This document shows, one piece after another, positions 27,422 to 41,296 of a stretch of 64,000 nt of DNA. Made by a program: the position numbers and the translations under genes. How positions within the stretch are numbered: position 1 is the first letter of the stretch; every line of letters starts with the position of its first letter. The notes beneath the pieces were generated by a model. That model was not told where the DNA came from and ran no database searches. It saw nothing but the letters and a program-made list of their open reading frames with translations. Origin of the DNA: Octopus vulgaris (Eukaryota); contig OX597819.1 in assembly GCA_951406725.2 (NCBI GenBank), positions 72,726,001 to 72,790,000 on the forward strand, in the 5' to 3' direction.

Positions 27422-28025
27422 CAGTGGTTCTCAGCAGCTATTTTTTGCCTATGGACCCCTGATTCTTATTTTATTCTACTGGTGTAGAGGCGCAATGGCC
27501 CAGTGGTTAGTGCAGTGGGATTGTAGTTTCGATTCCCAGACCAGGCGTTGCGAGTGTTTATTGAGCGAAAACACCTAAAACTCCACAAGGCTCATGCAGG
27601 GGGTGATGGCAACCCCTGCTGTACTCGTTCACCACAATTTTCTCTCACTCTTCCTGTTCAAAGGGCCAGCCTTGTCACATATTGTGTCACACTGAATCTC
27701 CCCGAGAACTACGTTAAGGGTACACATGTCTGTGGAGTACTCAGCTACTTACACGTTAATTTCACAAGCAGGCTGTTCCGTTAATTAGATCAACTGGAAT
27801 CCTTGTCGTCATAACCGATGGAGTGCCACGACGACAACGATTCTACTGGACTTCCAGAGGCACTCAATGTTTTAAAAAAAAAATTTCAATATATCTTTAT
27901 GATTAAATATTGAGAAGGGGGTTGGGGGTGGGAAATTGTCAAAATATTTTGTGCATTGTAAAAGTATAGAACCAATTTCTTGCACATAAATTCTAACAAC
28001 GAAATCTTAAATGGACTTCCAAGAA
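27422..28025. mobile_element. hAT-type MITE carrying a family C tRNA SINE (27483-27839, +)
   Basis: Left end is CAGTGGTTCTCAG. The SINE has head GGCGCAATGGCCCAGTGGTTAG..GTTTCGATTCC and a 10-bp TSD ATTCTACTGG (27473-27482 / 27840-27849). Confidence 0.8.
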
Positions 28026-28699
28026 TGAAGAAGACAACTTTTAGAAATTAGGAAATAAGATGTGATGTTTCACCATTTGTCAACAGCATGAGTAATGTAG
28101 GTGAAGCGAAATTACAACAACCAGGAAGTGAAACAAAAAGAAAGCATGATAAAAGTATTCATATATTTCCAAATTAGCAGCTGTTACTTTGTAGATATAT
28201 ATCTATATGAGAGTAAATGAATAAATACATTAGCAGTTAAAACATTATACAATACAAACATTATTTCGAAGAAATGATTTGAATACAAAGTCGCAGTACT
28301 ACAAAGGATCAATTTTGTCCTTTCACACAATGTCCCTACATGGGACTCATGGTGTTAATTTGAACACTAAATTATACAAATGTAATTTGTAAAACTGCAA
28401 GAGTAAAACAAAAAAAAAACCCCAAAAAATCTGATATTTTTCAGGCTGTGCAGCAAAATACTCTCAGATGTGGGTGTGGTATGGCAAATTTTTAAAGCAT
28501 GGCAGGGCAAATAATGAGCTGAATGTAGCCAAGACAAATGGTAGGGTGGGTGTGGTAAGGAGAAAAGACATGATGAATGGAAAAGATAAATGGAGGGGAA
28601 GCGACAGGGAATGAAGTACAAAGTGTCTTAGATACATTAGGGTAGGAATAAAGAACTATTTTTAAGCATGACTGATTGACATCAGTAAATGCAGAAAGT

Positions 28700-28731
<32 letters not shown>

Positions 28732-30446
28732 CATGTGTGCGTGCATGTGTATAAAACCCATCTCCAATAATTTATGGAATTATTGGCATTTGCAGGCCTC
28801 AGGTTATAAGTACAATATTAAATAACAAGAAAAACCAACTGAAAATTATTGATGAAAAAAAAGATTGAACTTGTCCATCAGCCAGGTAAGAATTAACTGA
28901 TGTAACACCTGGAATTCAAAGACATTGATGATGACCTTTGCTGGCAGTAATAAGTCTGTTGGGGATGGGTTGTTAAGTTCAATTTGCTAAACTCTCCCAA
29001 GAAATAAATATATTATTTTTTATTAATTTATACCATGCGTTTGCCCTTGTTTGCATATTCCTAGATGAATTATCACATGTAAAATGGTGAAAATACAGGG
29101 AAGCATCTGAGCAACTCAGGCAGAATTAATACCACAAAGGGTTTTATTCGCTGAGCTACTCATACCAGATAGAATGTAACAACATGAATTGAACAGGACA
29201 GAAGATTTTATGAAGCATTTCTGATGCTTTTCATTGGTCTTAATTGCTCCAATCAGAGACAATACATCTGACACAAAGACCTGATGAATTTATATTGACT
29301 TCCATGGCAACCATACTGAAAGAACTAAGTAACAAACTATTATGGTATTCAAAAAGTCCAGCACAGGAAAGGATTTAAAAGGTAAAAGTGTTTTGAGACC
29401 ACGTAAATAATAAATAAACACTTATTCCGAGTAATATCAGTTTATAAAACCACCACTTACTCTTGACACCAACTCCTCTATTTGTAAGAAGACTAATAAT
29501 ATACTTAAAATCACTCAACATACATATATAGGCATAAGTTGGCTGTGTGATTGGGAGCTTGCTTCTCAACCACATGGTTCCAGGTTCAGTCCCTTTGTGT
29601 GGCACCATGGGCAAGTGTCTTCCACTACAGCCCACTGTTAACCAAAACTCAGTGAATGGATTTGGTAGGAGGAATCTGAAAGAAGTTCATAGTATAAATG
29701 TGTGTGTGTGTATTTCTTTTTGACAACCAGTGTTGGTGTGTTTACATCTCCATTACTTAGCAGTTCAGTGAAAGAGACTAAAGCAACTGAACATGTGACC
29801 ATTTTCAGAGAAATAAATACCTAACTGTTTCTTTTCAAAATTAAAACACTGAATATAAATTTTAAGAGAATGTAACCTAAAATATATTTATATTAGAAGA
29901 TAAAGTTAAAACAAAAAAGTATATTTTAAAAGATTGAAAAGTTTCGTTCCTATAAAATTTATTAAAGAAATGTTTTTAAAGAACAGCAGTTAAATCTAAA
30001 ATTTACTAACATCCTGTTCCGAGAAACACAATTGCTGCTCCTTTGTCACAAACAAACTCTTTTCAGTCAAATTAAAACCTGTGAAATGGGAAGGCTTAAT
30101 GCATTCTTTTACAATTTGATATTGTTATTGGAATTGGTGAAACTGTATCAATTTTGACTCCAATAAGCTAATAATAGTGTCTGACCTTATGTGTCCTACT
30201 CTTATTTAAGAAGGAAGGGCGAGAGTTGAAGGAGAATTGGTTGTTATTTCTAGCAGGTTGAGCTACCTTGTAGAAGCTTCCTTATCATGTAAAGAGCAGT
30301 AGAGCAGCATAGATGTGCTTTTATAGGTCAACAGTTTGACAAGCTGTTACTACTAACTAGCATTAATAAATAAAAAAAATTCTCCTTGCAGTCAGACACA
30401 CCTTCAGAGGTACATGTTTCACAAGGAAGGATAGTATTTATTGTAT

Positions 30447-30807
30447 TCTTTTATTCTTCTACTTGGCTCAGTCATTTGACTGCGGTCATGCTGGAGCGTT
30501 GCCTTTAGTCGAACAAATCAACCCCCAGGACTTATTCTATTGGCCTCTTTTACTGAACCGCTAAGTTACATGGATGTAAACACACCAACATTGGTTGTCA
30601 AGCGATGGTGGGGAGACAAACAGATACACAAACATACATATATGTGGCGGGCTTCTTTCAGTTTCCGCCTACCAAATCCACTCCCAAGGCTTTGGTCGGC
30701 CCGAGGCTAAAGCAGAAGACATTTGCCCAAGGTGCCACGTATTGGGACTGAACCCAGAGCCATGTGGTTGAGAAGCAAGCTTCATAACACATAGCCACTC
30801 CTGCGCC
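30447..30807 (-). mobile_element. Family B SINE
   Basis: Near full-length reverse complement of 23600-24000. Confidence 0.85.
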
Positions 30808-32034
30808 AGGGTCACGCCTGTAGGAAAGAAGTCACAAATTAGTATAACCACTGATTTCTTCAGAAAATGGATAACACAAAACTACACAGCAAAATTTAGT
30901 CTGTTCAAGTGAACCAAATGGAAAATTAAGGATAATTTTTTTAAAAAAACATTTAAAAAAAAAAGAAAAAAAGATGGTGGCAGTTTCTTAGTGAGCAAAA
31001 GTAATGAAGTTTGTTAGAGTATTTAGTAGCAGAATACTACTGAATAACGAAATGGAATTTGGTGTGAAAAACCAAGTTTTGCTCTAATAGGTAACAAATG
31101 ATATTTTGATTGCTAGATTCTAACAATACTTTTATAGATTGACACTTTAATACATAGAACAGTACCAACAGGAAAACTATGATATATATCTGCAATCTGC
31201 ATTATAAATGTGCAACTGAAATTATGGGCAATGAAATGATGAAGAAAAAGTATCCCTCATACAGTAGTGCCTCTGAGCTGTGCACATTTGCATATGCATG
31301 CACATTTTGCAACCAGCAAAAGAAATTATGTGTATGCAAAGGGTTAATTGCTTAAAATAATGGAGTAATTAATAATTATATTTCTTTCTTACATATTTGG
31401 TGTGAATATATTTTTATCATTAAAAAAAAAATGCAAAAGAAACTGCACGATAAGATTTTGCACAAACACACACATCGAATGTTATATGGAACAGTGAAGA
31501 AATATATCCTCAATGTGATAAAATATAAATTTGAATGTGACCTTTGAACTTTATTGGTGTAAACTATAAAAGTGCACCACCTGTAAACACTATTTAAATC
31601 ACACAGTCATGTTTTTCATGAAAAATTGCAGATTACACACAAACAGACACACTATTTGCTAATAACACACACGTGCGCGCACACACACGCACACACTTCG
31701 ATCCTTATGAGGTAGTAAGTAATTGAGGCAAACACTGAAAATCTTCAATCTAAATGTTTGGCAGTTAAACGAAAGTCTGTCATTATGCGGTAATTTTTCA
31801 GGGTAAATTTCTGACGAATTTTACTAAATAACTTTGTCATTATTAAACTGGTGGTTGTAATATAAATTAACATGAAATTTTGATGGAAGGTTTTAATTCA
31901 AGTCATTTTAAAATATGAATTTTATATCTATAGTATGGGGGGGGGGGTCAATCTGGAGTGGGTTGGTAGCAAGAGGGTCAAACAAGTGATTTACTTTTAC
32001 ACAATGCTGTAATATCATAACACATACACACATG

Positions 32035-32170
32035 GCACCTGTGTAAAAGGGAAACCCAGAAAGATAAAGGATGAAGTAGTGAGAGCTGATCTCAAGATGT
32101 TGGGTCCTACAGAAATATTGTCAATGGACTGAGATGTCTGGTGACATGATGTTCATGAGAAGACCTGTCC
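32035..32170 (+). mobile_element. Old RTE ORF C-terminal fragment
   Basis: GTCVKGKPRKIKDEVVRADLKMLG aligns to GTCGRGRLRKTW-DEVVKHDLRTLG at about 19060-19135. Confidence 0.65.
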
Positions 32171-32380
32171 TGCCTCAGCAAAACTGAGTTTTAGAAGCAC
32201 TGCACCATTGCTGTCCTGTTGCTTGCCCTTAAACTGCATTCTTGCTTACTGCATTCTCCCTTTCCCTCCCCTTTTTCCTTCATCGCTTTTGTGAAATCCC
32301 TACTCTCAGACCCCAGACAATCCTTTACCATTCCATTTATATTCACCGTCTTGTATCTTGAGAATATGCCCTGGTACATA

Positions 32381-32422
<42 letters not shown>

Positions 32423-32680
32423 TAAATGTGTGTGTGTGTGTAGGGCTATGTATGTTTGTATCTCCTTACTTTGACATCAGGTGACAGTTGGAGTGTCATT
32501 GACATATTGTGACATTCATTTCCAATATTTTGCATAAAAAAGTATATCTGACCATGGGGAAATATTGCCTTGCTTGGAAACAGATGAGGGCTAGCAACAG
32601 GGAGGACAACACCTGACCACAGAAATTCCACCTCAGCAAATTCTATCTGGCCCATGCAAACATGGAAAAGTGGACATTAA

Positions 32681-33741
32681 CCCTTTCGTTACTATATTTC
32701 TGACCAAAATACACCCCTTATGTGTTTTAATTAATTTCTAACATAATCATAAATTTAGTCTGGTTTCATTAAACAACTATAACTTTTTTATTTATCAATA
32801 TATTAACGTGATTTTTGGAAGATAATTTAATGAAATATTCTCAACCAATTCTATACTATAATTTTTGTCACAAAGTGACTCTAATTGCAGGTAGATACAG
32901 GTAAATTCAACAAAATATAAAATTATTAAAATTTTGCTCAAACATCGCTATAGAAAATGGGTTATTAGCTAATATTCAATTGGGTATACAACAAAATTTT
33001 ACGATAGAATTTGTTATTCTGGGTAACTTTCTGATACCCATAATAATATTTATGGCAAAATAGTCTTAATTTCATTTAAGGTTGTGGGAAACCACTAACT
33101 ATCCTTTCTTTCGCTTTGTTTACATTTAGTGTAACGGTTCGTTTCCGCCGTAATGATTTCAAATAGGCTCATTCAAAAAAGTAAAAAGAAATAGTCTAAG
33201 GCTTTACTCTTCTGGGAAAGTCTGTGGCTTGGTCCAGTTTCTTCAGAAAAATTACCGAAAGAAACAGTTTTTAAATTTTCACTCCATTCAGATGCCAATT
33301 CATTTTCTTTATCGCTGTCGGAGCTCTCGGATTCACTGTTTTCACTTTCGGAAAATGAAACATCAGATTCATTATCAAATACCACGTGCTTTTTTTTTTT
33401 TAGTCATAGAGTTAGATTTATGAAGGTCTTCAGTAGAAAATCCTTCGAATTCTGACTCGCTGCTTGATATAATGAAATTCGTATCCATTTTTTGTCAGAA
33501 TTACAAATTTTGAAAACACAATAGGAACAAATTTCGGAAAAAAATCTCCCAAAATTCACGGAATTAGAATTACACTTCGATTGTTGTACAAAACTGTAGT
33601 TGAACTCTTTACGAAGTATAATACATGTTTTCATGAATGTACTAAAAAGATTTGCTGATATTCTCATTTAAATATGAATAGGTTTGGGCGGTTTGGTCAC
33701 ATTAACCAAAATTTTTTTTGGGCGGTTTGGTAACGAAAGGG
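32681..33741 (-). mobile_element. Internally deleted piggyBac transposon
   Basis: Perfect TIRs CCCTTTCGTTAC/GTAACGAAAGGG and TTAA TSDs (32677-80, 33742-45). The minus-strand remnant at 33173-33385 (acidic stretch, W, F...GP...LDYFFLLF) is typical of a piggyBac transposase N-terminus. Confidence 0.9.
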
Positions 33742-34501
33742 TTAATATGATGATGAGAATGGTGATCTGTATTATTCTAATTTAGCAAATAATATTTGAA
33801 TGCGAGATTTGAACAATTTATGAGTAGATGTAGGAAATATGGCATCTGATATTTACTTAGGTCACAGTGAGATGTAGCAAATGAAAACATGTTTGATATT
33901 TCTATTAAAAACCAGTATTTAAGTCATTTAAACCTGATTAGTAAAAAAACAAATATAATTCTCATGATTGGTTAAAACATTTTTCTAATGTGGATTGCAT
34001 GACAGTACATATTTAATATGCCTGGACAAAGTTAAAATAAACATTAAAAAGAAGAAAAAAATTACGAATAAGATAATTTAATTTACAAAAAGATTTTTTT
34101 TTCCCTAAATTCAGATTTTGTTTTTACAATCAGATATTTAATTTCATATTGTATATAATATCGCCATGGATATGCTTACTTCTATCATCACCATTGTTTT
34201 AATGCCCACTTTTTCATACTAACATGGGTCAGATGAAGTTTACTGAAGGAGATTTTCTACAGTCAGCTGACTTTCCTGTTGCCAGCCCTCACCCCTTTCT
34301 AAGCCAGGTGATATATTGTAATATTTCCCCCATGGTCAGGCATGGTTTTGTACAATATTGGAAATGAATGACACTGCTTCTATGACAGTGACACTCATTT
34401 ACAGCTGTCACACCATGTCGACACACACACACCTGCTACTTTGTTATTTGCCCATTGCCACAGGACTTGAAGGCGGGCCTGGGATGGTATAATGTCTTTA
34501 T

Positions 34502-34737
34502 AAAGCGGTGAGCTGGCAGAAACGTTAGCACGCCGGGCAAAATGCTGAGTGGTATTTCGTCTGCGGTTATGTTATGAGTTCAAATTCCACCGAGGTCAAC
34601 TTTGCCTTTCATCCTTTCAGGGTCAATTAAATAAGTACCAGTTACACACTGGGGGTCGATATAATCGACTTAATCCGTTTGTCTGTCCTTGTTTGTCCTC
34701 TCTGAGTCTAGCCCCTTGTGGGTAGTAAAGAAATAGG
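34502..34737 (+). mobile_element. Young family A SINE
   Basis: AAGCGGTGAGCTGGCAGAAACGTTAGCACGCCGGGC..GAGTTCAAATTCC..GTCAACTTTGCCTTTCATCC. Many CpGs are retained. Confidence 0.85.
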
Positions 34738-37314
34738 TACATGACATGTACTTAAAGTGAAGAGGGTGGGGCACAAGAGCGTTGTCACTCTCGGCTGTTC
34801 CAATCTGATTCTAGTGGCAGGACGAAATCAAGACGACTAGAGATAAGTCAGGATAATTACACAAATGACTCGAGATGACACAGGGACGGACACATACAAA
34901 GTGGGCTTCCTCCAGTTTCTGTCAATCAATTATTATGGAAATTTCCAGAAATATTCCAAGAACACAAGGAGATACAGATAAGATTATATCTGAAATAACT
35001 GGACAGAGGTATAGGAAAGGATAAATAATGAAAAGTGTTATTTTTCCCATTCTAAAAACAGTGAGAAACAGTGATTGACCAATTGGAAAACGTACCAAAT
35101 GATACTATTATTCACTAAAGGAAATATAAAATAATATAACAATTAAAATAAATATACTGTTTGTTGCAACAAAGCTTTAAATTGTAAATAGTGAAATATT
35201 AAACAGTGTTTTGTGTCAAAAAAAAAAAAAAAAGATAAATTGTCACAAGCTTTGAAAATAGTTATTTACTTTTTTGGTGAATTTTCTATATTTTTGAGGG
35301 AGAAACTTATTTCACAACTTCCTCGCATCATTTTTCAGAGTTTATCACAAATGTTAAGTCAGGACAATCCATCATTTACGAATGACTAGCTTGCAAACAG
35401 ACTTGGCTCCTATCAAGCCAATTATATTAAGAATTCAAGTTCCGTATAAAGCTGGTTAACAATGAACAGGTGGACTGGCTCAAAGAAGTATCCCACATCA
35501 TTTTTTTTCTCTTTTGTTGCATCATGTAAACACTGCTGCGTGTTGTTTGTGATTTTTGGCTTAACTCATTCAACATCAATCTGTATGAAGCAACTTCTAG
35601 TAAAGTGTTGAAATTTAAATTTAAATCTTGGCTTGAAATATTATTACACAAAACATGACATTCTAATATGTGAATATTTAAGGGAGGTACAAGCACTTTC
35701 CCACACACATATACACAAGACAGGAATGTCTGCCTCCCAAATTCAATCACAAGGCTTTGGTTGGCCCACAGCTATAGCAAAAGGCACTTGCCCAAGCTAC
35801 CAAGCAGTGGGACTGAACTTGGAGCCATGTGATTGGGAAGCAAGCTTCTTATCACACAGCCACACTTAGTAAGGATGGGAGCCACACCAAACTTTATTGC
35901 CTGTTTTAGCGTAATTTCTACAGCTGGTTACCCTTCCAAATACCAACCACCTTACAGAGTGTACTGGGTGCTTTTTATGTGGCACCAACACCAAGAGGGT
36001 CAAGAGGTACTTTGCAAATGAAGAACCCCCTCAGTTGGGAAGAGGAAGTAACAGTGAGGGGGGGGGGTTAGTTTTGTGCCACTTGATGAGATTAGAGGCA
36101 TAGTGGTAGACATTAGCATGCCAGGAAAAATGCATAGTGGCATTTCATCTGTCTTTATGTTCTGCGTTTAAATTCCATTGAGGTCAACTTTGCCTTTCAC
36201 CCTTTTGGAGTCGATAAAGTAAGTACCAGTTGAGCACTGGAGTCGATGTGATCAATTTACCCTCTCCCCCTGAAACTGCTGGGCATGTGCAAAAATTTGA
36301 AACCATTATTATTATTATTTTCAATAGCATCTTCTTTCAGTTCTGTTTCCATTTCTTGCTGAGTGTCTTCCTGACACCTAGGGCAGAGAAATGTACGGTA
36401 TACATTGGTAGGCCATTAAAATAAACCCACCAGACTGTTCATTTACAAAGTCTATTATTATTATTATTATTATTAAAGATAGGTTGGGTAAATTAAAAGA
36501 AACACCTGACTCTGAAGTTAAATGCAAACAATATGTAACTATCCCAACATCCATGCAAATCTGATTTAAAGACAGACAGGAGAACAGTATTCATTGGTAA
36601 TCCACTCACTGCTTATAGTTGAAATTTATTCTTTGTTTTTTTTCATAAGTCTACTCTTAAAAACAAGCAGAGTAGATAAGTTATGTGAGAAGTAAAACTA
36701 TTGACAAATCTCAGGCCATTGATTCGACTACAAACTGAAATAGTATATTTTAGCTTGGCAGCAGCCTTGTGTTTTACTTTTATGACAGACGGAGAGACAG
36801 AGAGAGAGAGAAGACATGATCAATAATTTAATAGAGCATCCTATATATATCAAACTTCACTGGCTTTCTGCATTTTAATTCAACATAATTCTAGTATTCA
36901 GTAATATTTAAAATCTGTTCAGTATTGTTGATCCTAGGGATTTTCAAAGAGTTTTCTTTATCATTATTATTTTCCGTTCGAAAAGATAATTTCTTTTGAC
37001 CCTCTGAAATTAAATTTGCATTAAAAAAAAAAGTTCACAAATATTTCCCTCTTTAAAACAACAGGGGGTTTGTCGTAAGAAGGAACTTTTAATTCACATC
37101 TGTTAACAGATTATTGGTTACAGCAGTGGTTGTTAACCCTTTTTTTTTTTTTGCTTTATCTATGAACCCCTTTAGTTACTGTTTTAATCTAGTGGACATG
37201 CCCACCCTCACCAGCCATTTAATGTTTAAAAATTTATTTTATAGTCATTTCTTTTGAAATTCCTATTTTGTTATTCATTCATTTATATAAGTTGAACAAC
37301 ATAAAATGTTAGAG

Positions 37315-37454
37315 CAGTGGCTCTCAAACTGAAATCAGCAGACCCCTGGTGGTCCTTGAACCAAATTAAAAATTTCACACATATATATATACAGTAGTAC
37401 CTCGGTTTTTGAACAACTCTGATCATTAATAAATCGTGCTTCATATACATACAT

Positions 37455-37521
<67 letters not shown>

Positions 37522-37791
37522 TAGATAGATAGATAGATACACTCTCGGAGTGGTTGGCGTTAGGAAGGGCATCCAGCTGTAGAAACACTGCCAGATCTGA
37601 CTGGCCTGGTGCAGCCTTCGGGCTTGCCAGACCCCAGTTGAACCGTCCAACCCATGCTAGCATGGAAAGCGGACGTTAAACGATGATGATGATGATAGAT
37701 AGATAGATATAGCATATTAAAAGGGGTTCTGCAGGAAAACTCATTTAAATAAAGAGGTTGTGAACCACTGTGAAAAGGCTGGGAACCACTG
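37315..37791. mobile_element. hAT MITE nested in an older hAT MITE (about 37124-37905), containing a Tc1/pogo-like end, microsatellites and an RTE 3' end (37539-37695)
   Basis: Perfect 8-bp TSD TGTTAGAG (37307-14 / 37792-99) and CAGTGG...CCACTG termini. TA-CAGTAGTACCTCGG at about 37390. Confidence 0.85.
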
Positions 37792-38612
37792 TGTTAGAGA
37801 AAGAAACCTAGCTGTTTCTTGCAATACATACATTTCAATCAAAACTTTTCACAGACCCTATTTTGCGAGCATGGACCTCCAGGGGTCATACGGACTCCTG
37901 CTGAGAGTTATATCCATAACTGCTATATTTATATTGCATGGATCATACAGGGTGCAGTAGAATGCACTCCATCCTAGGTGTTTCAATGCATATTATCTAG
38001 TGAAGTTAGGTAGGTGAAAATAGTGTCTTCATGTAGTTAATGTTTTTACTCCCCACTCATTGCACATTGTAGCATTTAAACATTTCTCAACCAGTACAAC
38101 GTGGGAGATTTTCTGCCTTGCCTTTTATTCAAACATACACAAAGAGAAAAAAAATGTAAATATTTTAGTTATCAAAGCAAATAAAACTGACCATGTTTTT
38201 CTGGCTAGATTGATAGGATAATAAGGGAGGAAGCAATAGATTTGATTTTACACAATAATCATACAATAATTGAAATAAGTAACATTACAATTTCAAAAAC
38301 AAGAAACTTTTAAGTTCTTTTGAAAATTAGAGAGAAGCAATTCCTCCTGATGAGTGTAGGAGGTCGGGTGTAGGAAAAGTGAGCAGGCTATGGGAGTGAC
38401 TGAAGAAGAGGAAGTGCATTGGTTGGAGACAGAAGTGATGTTAGCACACAAGAAAGTTGGAGTGGTTATGTAGGAGAAAGAGAGAAAGAACTAAACTAAT
38501 ATGGACTAATATAATTTGAAACAATGATGGCTGTTGGGTGAAATATTGCCATGGCTTTGATGATAATCAGTGCTCATTATATTGAAGGAAAACTTAAGCA
38601 AAAAATGGCTAA

Positions 38613-38803
38613 TATTATTATTATTCCGTGTTCGATTCCTGAATAACAATAATTGCATCGAAAAATACCTTAGGAATGAGAACCTAGGTTCGAAATTTCC
38701 CCAAGACACCTGATGAAGGCTGGAGGGTATATCAGCTGAAATGTTGTGTTAACAACAAACAAGATGAGGATAAATATCCGTTAAATGTAAATAATGTAAA
38801 ATG
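38613..38803 (+). mobile_element. Second, 5'-truncated copy of the tRNA-head/hammerhead element
   Basis: B box GTTCGATTCC at 38630-39. The body is colinear with the reverse complement of 20715-20893. TGGCTAA is duplicated at 38606-12 and 38804-10. Confidence 0.75.
38705..38750 (+). ncRNA. Minimal type-I hammerhead ribozyme motif (CpG-decayed)
   Basis: GACAC-CTGATGA-A-GGCTG(gagggtatat)CAGCT-GAAA-TG-TT-GTGTT. Confidence 0.7.
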
Positions 38804-38843
38804 TGGCTAAATCAGAAAGGAAAATGTAAATTTTATTTATTTA

Positions 38844-38904
<61 letters not shown>

Positions 38905-40480
38905 ACTAACATAAAGAGAGATGCTGCATTGTAGATCTTTCCAATTCATGGTGGCATAGAAAAATATTTAATGTGTTTACGATGAAGGCTGGAACAGTCT
39001 TGCTACCGTTTTACTGAAACCTTTGAGAAGAACATGAATGCAACACCTTGTTTGTGCTGACTGACTTTAACCCAAATGACTGTTAAATGTAATGCTTATT
39101 TATTCATATCAGTTTGTATTAATCATGCAGCATCTCATAGCTTTGAGCTGATGTGATTATAAGGTCAAAATGGCAAGTATAAAAATATCAAAGCAAATGA
39201 TGAATTTACCATTCTCTTATAGTTTAAGCCTACATAAATTACCAATCTTTAGATTTCTTGAAATAGAGAGAGAGAGAGCAAGAGTTTGTTTGGGGGTAGG
39301 AAATGAAGAAAAGTAGGTGTGAAAGTAGTGACAGAAATCTTTTTTATCTTGTATTTGCTGCAGTCATTGGGCAGCAGCCATGCTGGGGTGCCACCTGGAA
39401 GGTTTTTAGTGAAACAACTCAACCCCAGTACTTATCTTTTAAGTCTGGTACTTGTTCTATCAGTCTCTTTTGCCTAACAACTAAGTTATGGGGACATAAA
39501 CAAACACACACAATCTTCCACACAGTTTCTGTCTACCAAATCCACTCATAAGGCATTGATCAACCCAGAGATAAAGTATAAGACAATTGCCCAGGGTGCC
39601 ACACAGTGAAATTGAACCTGAAACCATGCAGTCGCAAAGTAGGCTTTTTAACCATATACAGTGGTGGTGATGGTGGGGTGGGGTTAGGGTTTCCTTGTCC
39701 TCTTTTTTCTTTTGTTTGTTTCATTTAGATATTGGTTTGAAATTCTGGCACAAGGATAGCATTTTTGGTGGTGGTCGAAATTGATTAGATTGACTTCCAT
39801 GTTTAAACTGCTGCTTATTTTATTGACCCCAAAAGGATGAAAGGCAAAACTGACCTCAGTGAATTTGAACTCAGAACATAAAGATGGACAAAATAATGCA
39901 AGAAAATATTTTGCCTGGCATGCTAATTCAGTTCACTACCTTATGTTTCCTTAGATATTGACACTAGTAATTAACTAGCTAATTAACGCAACAGAAAACT
40001 AAAATAAAAACAAACTATTTCAAGAGTAATTTTTGTTACTAACGGGTATAAAAACTATTCTCCCCTTTTCATATATTTATCAAGTTCACGAGGATCAATT
40101 GCTTTGAAAAACCAGGTCATTTAAATATCAACATGTTAAAATATTACAATCTTTCATGTAAAAATGTGATAATCTATTTTACTTTTCAAAGAAAAATCTT
40201 TTAATTACCCTTTCGTATTTTATAAACTTCTATATTTTATAATCCAACATGTAAATACAATAAGAAGTGTGAAAAATAATATTCATTTTGAACCAATGTA
40301 GCACAAACTAATAACAATGCATTTGTATCTTTTTCAGTGGTTTGATGCTATTAGAAAATCATTGACTAAATATAAAGTTATATGATAACTTAAAAAAAAA
40401 AAAAATCAGAAAAAATGTTTGCTTATTAAAACAATTTATGAGCAAGACTCTTCTAAGATGTGTGTTAAAATAAATTTTAA

Positions 40481-41296
40481 CCCTTTTGATATCGACTCAC
40501 CTGAAACCACCCCAGGTTCTATAATACAAACTTCCATCAAAATTATGCGTTTGTTTATGTTCCAAATACCAATTTAATAATGACAATATCAAATTTTTTA
40601 TTATTTTCAGAATTAATTGAAACAAAGGCAATGTATTTCAGTAGAAACATGCTCACAAAAGAATTAACTCTTTTGATGCCAACCCAGCTGTGACCATCCC
40701 TAGTTTTATGATAGAAACTCCATATTTTAATGCAATCTAAATTAAAACCTTCCACCAAATTTTCATGTTAATTTATGCTCTAAATACTAGTTTAGTAATG
40801 ACAAGATTATTTGACTAAATTAATTAAAACAATGACAGTGTATTTCAATGGAAATATAGTAATAAACAGATCAAGTATCTTCTCTTTAATTACCTGAAGT
40901 GGGATGGGGGTCAAGACCAGAATACAGTGTAATGAATATTTTTTAAACTCAACTGTGTTGACATTTTATCAATTTGAATACAAAATCTTCCAGTGTTAGA
41001 ATTAAAAATTATTCTATTTTTTAAAACATACCTGATACCACTGAAAGAAAACTAACACTTGTGGCATCCATTCAATGCTATGAATACCACAAACTTATAA
41101 CAAGACTGTAAACAGAACTATAATTAACCATTTTGTTGCCCTATTTCTGCTGAAATATTCTTGTTTAGGTGTTTAAAACAAACATAAATTGAAATTTTGA
41201 TGGAAGGTTTTAATTGAGATCACTTTGAAAACAAGAGGTTTGTATCTTTATATCATAGAAGCAAGGACAGTCTCAGGTGGTTTAGTATCAAAAGGG
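40481..41296. mobile_element. Cluster of three TTAA-flanked MITEs (piggyBac-like family 1)
   Basis: Copies at about 40481-40662, 40668-40870 and 41128-41296 (inverted). Termini are TTAACCCTTTTGATA... and ...AACAAAAGGGTTAA-like. Homologous to 43585-43815. Confidence 0.7.

Noticed and set aside
30011-30078. Possible 68-nt minus-strand exon (TTTCACAG| ... |GTTAGT)
   Set aside because: The length is not a multiple of 3, the donor is weak and the peptide is not recognisable.
38348-38380. CTGATGA hammerhead-like heptamer (also at about 29281 and 43847)
   Set aside because: No stem II followed by GAAA and no stem I, so these are chance matches.
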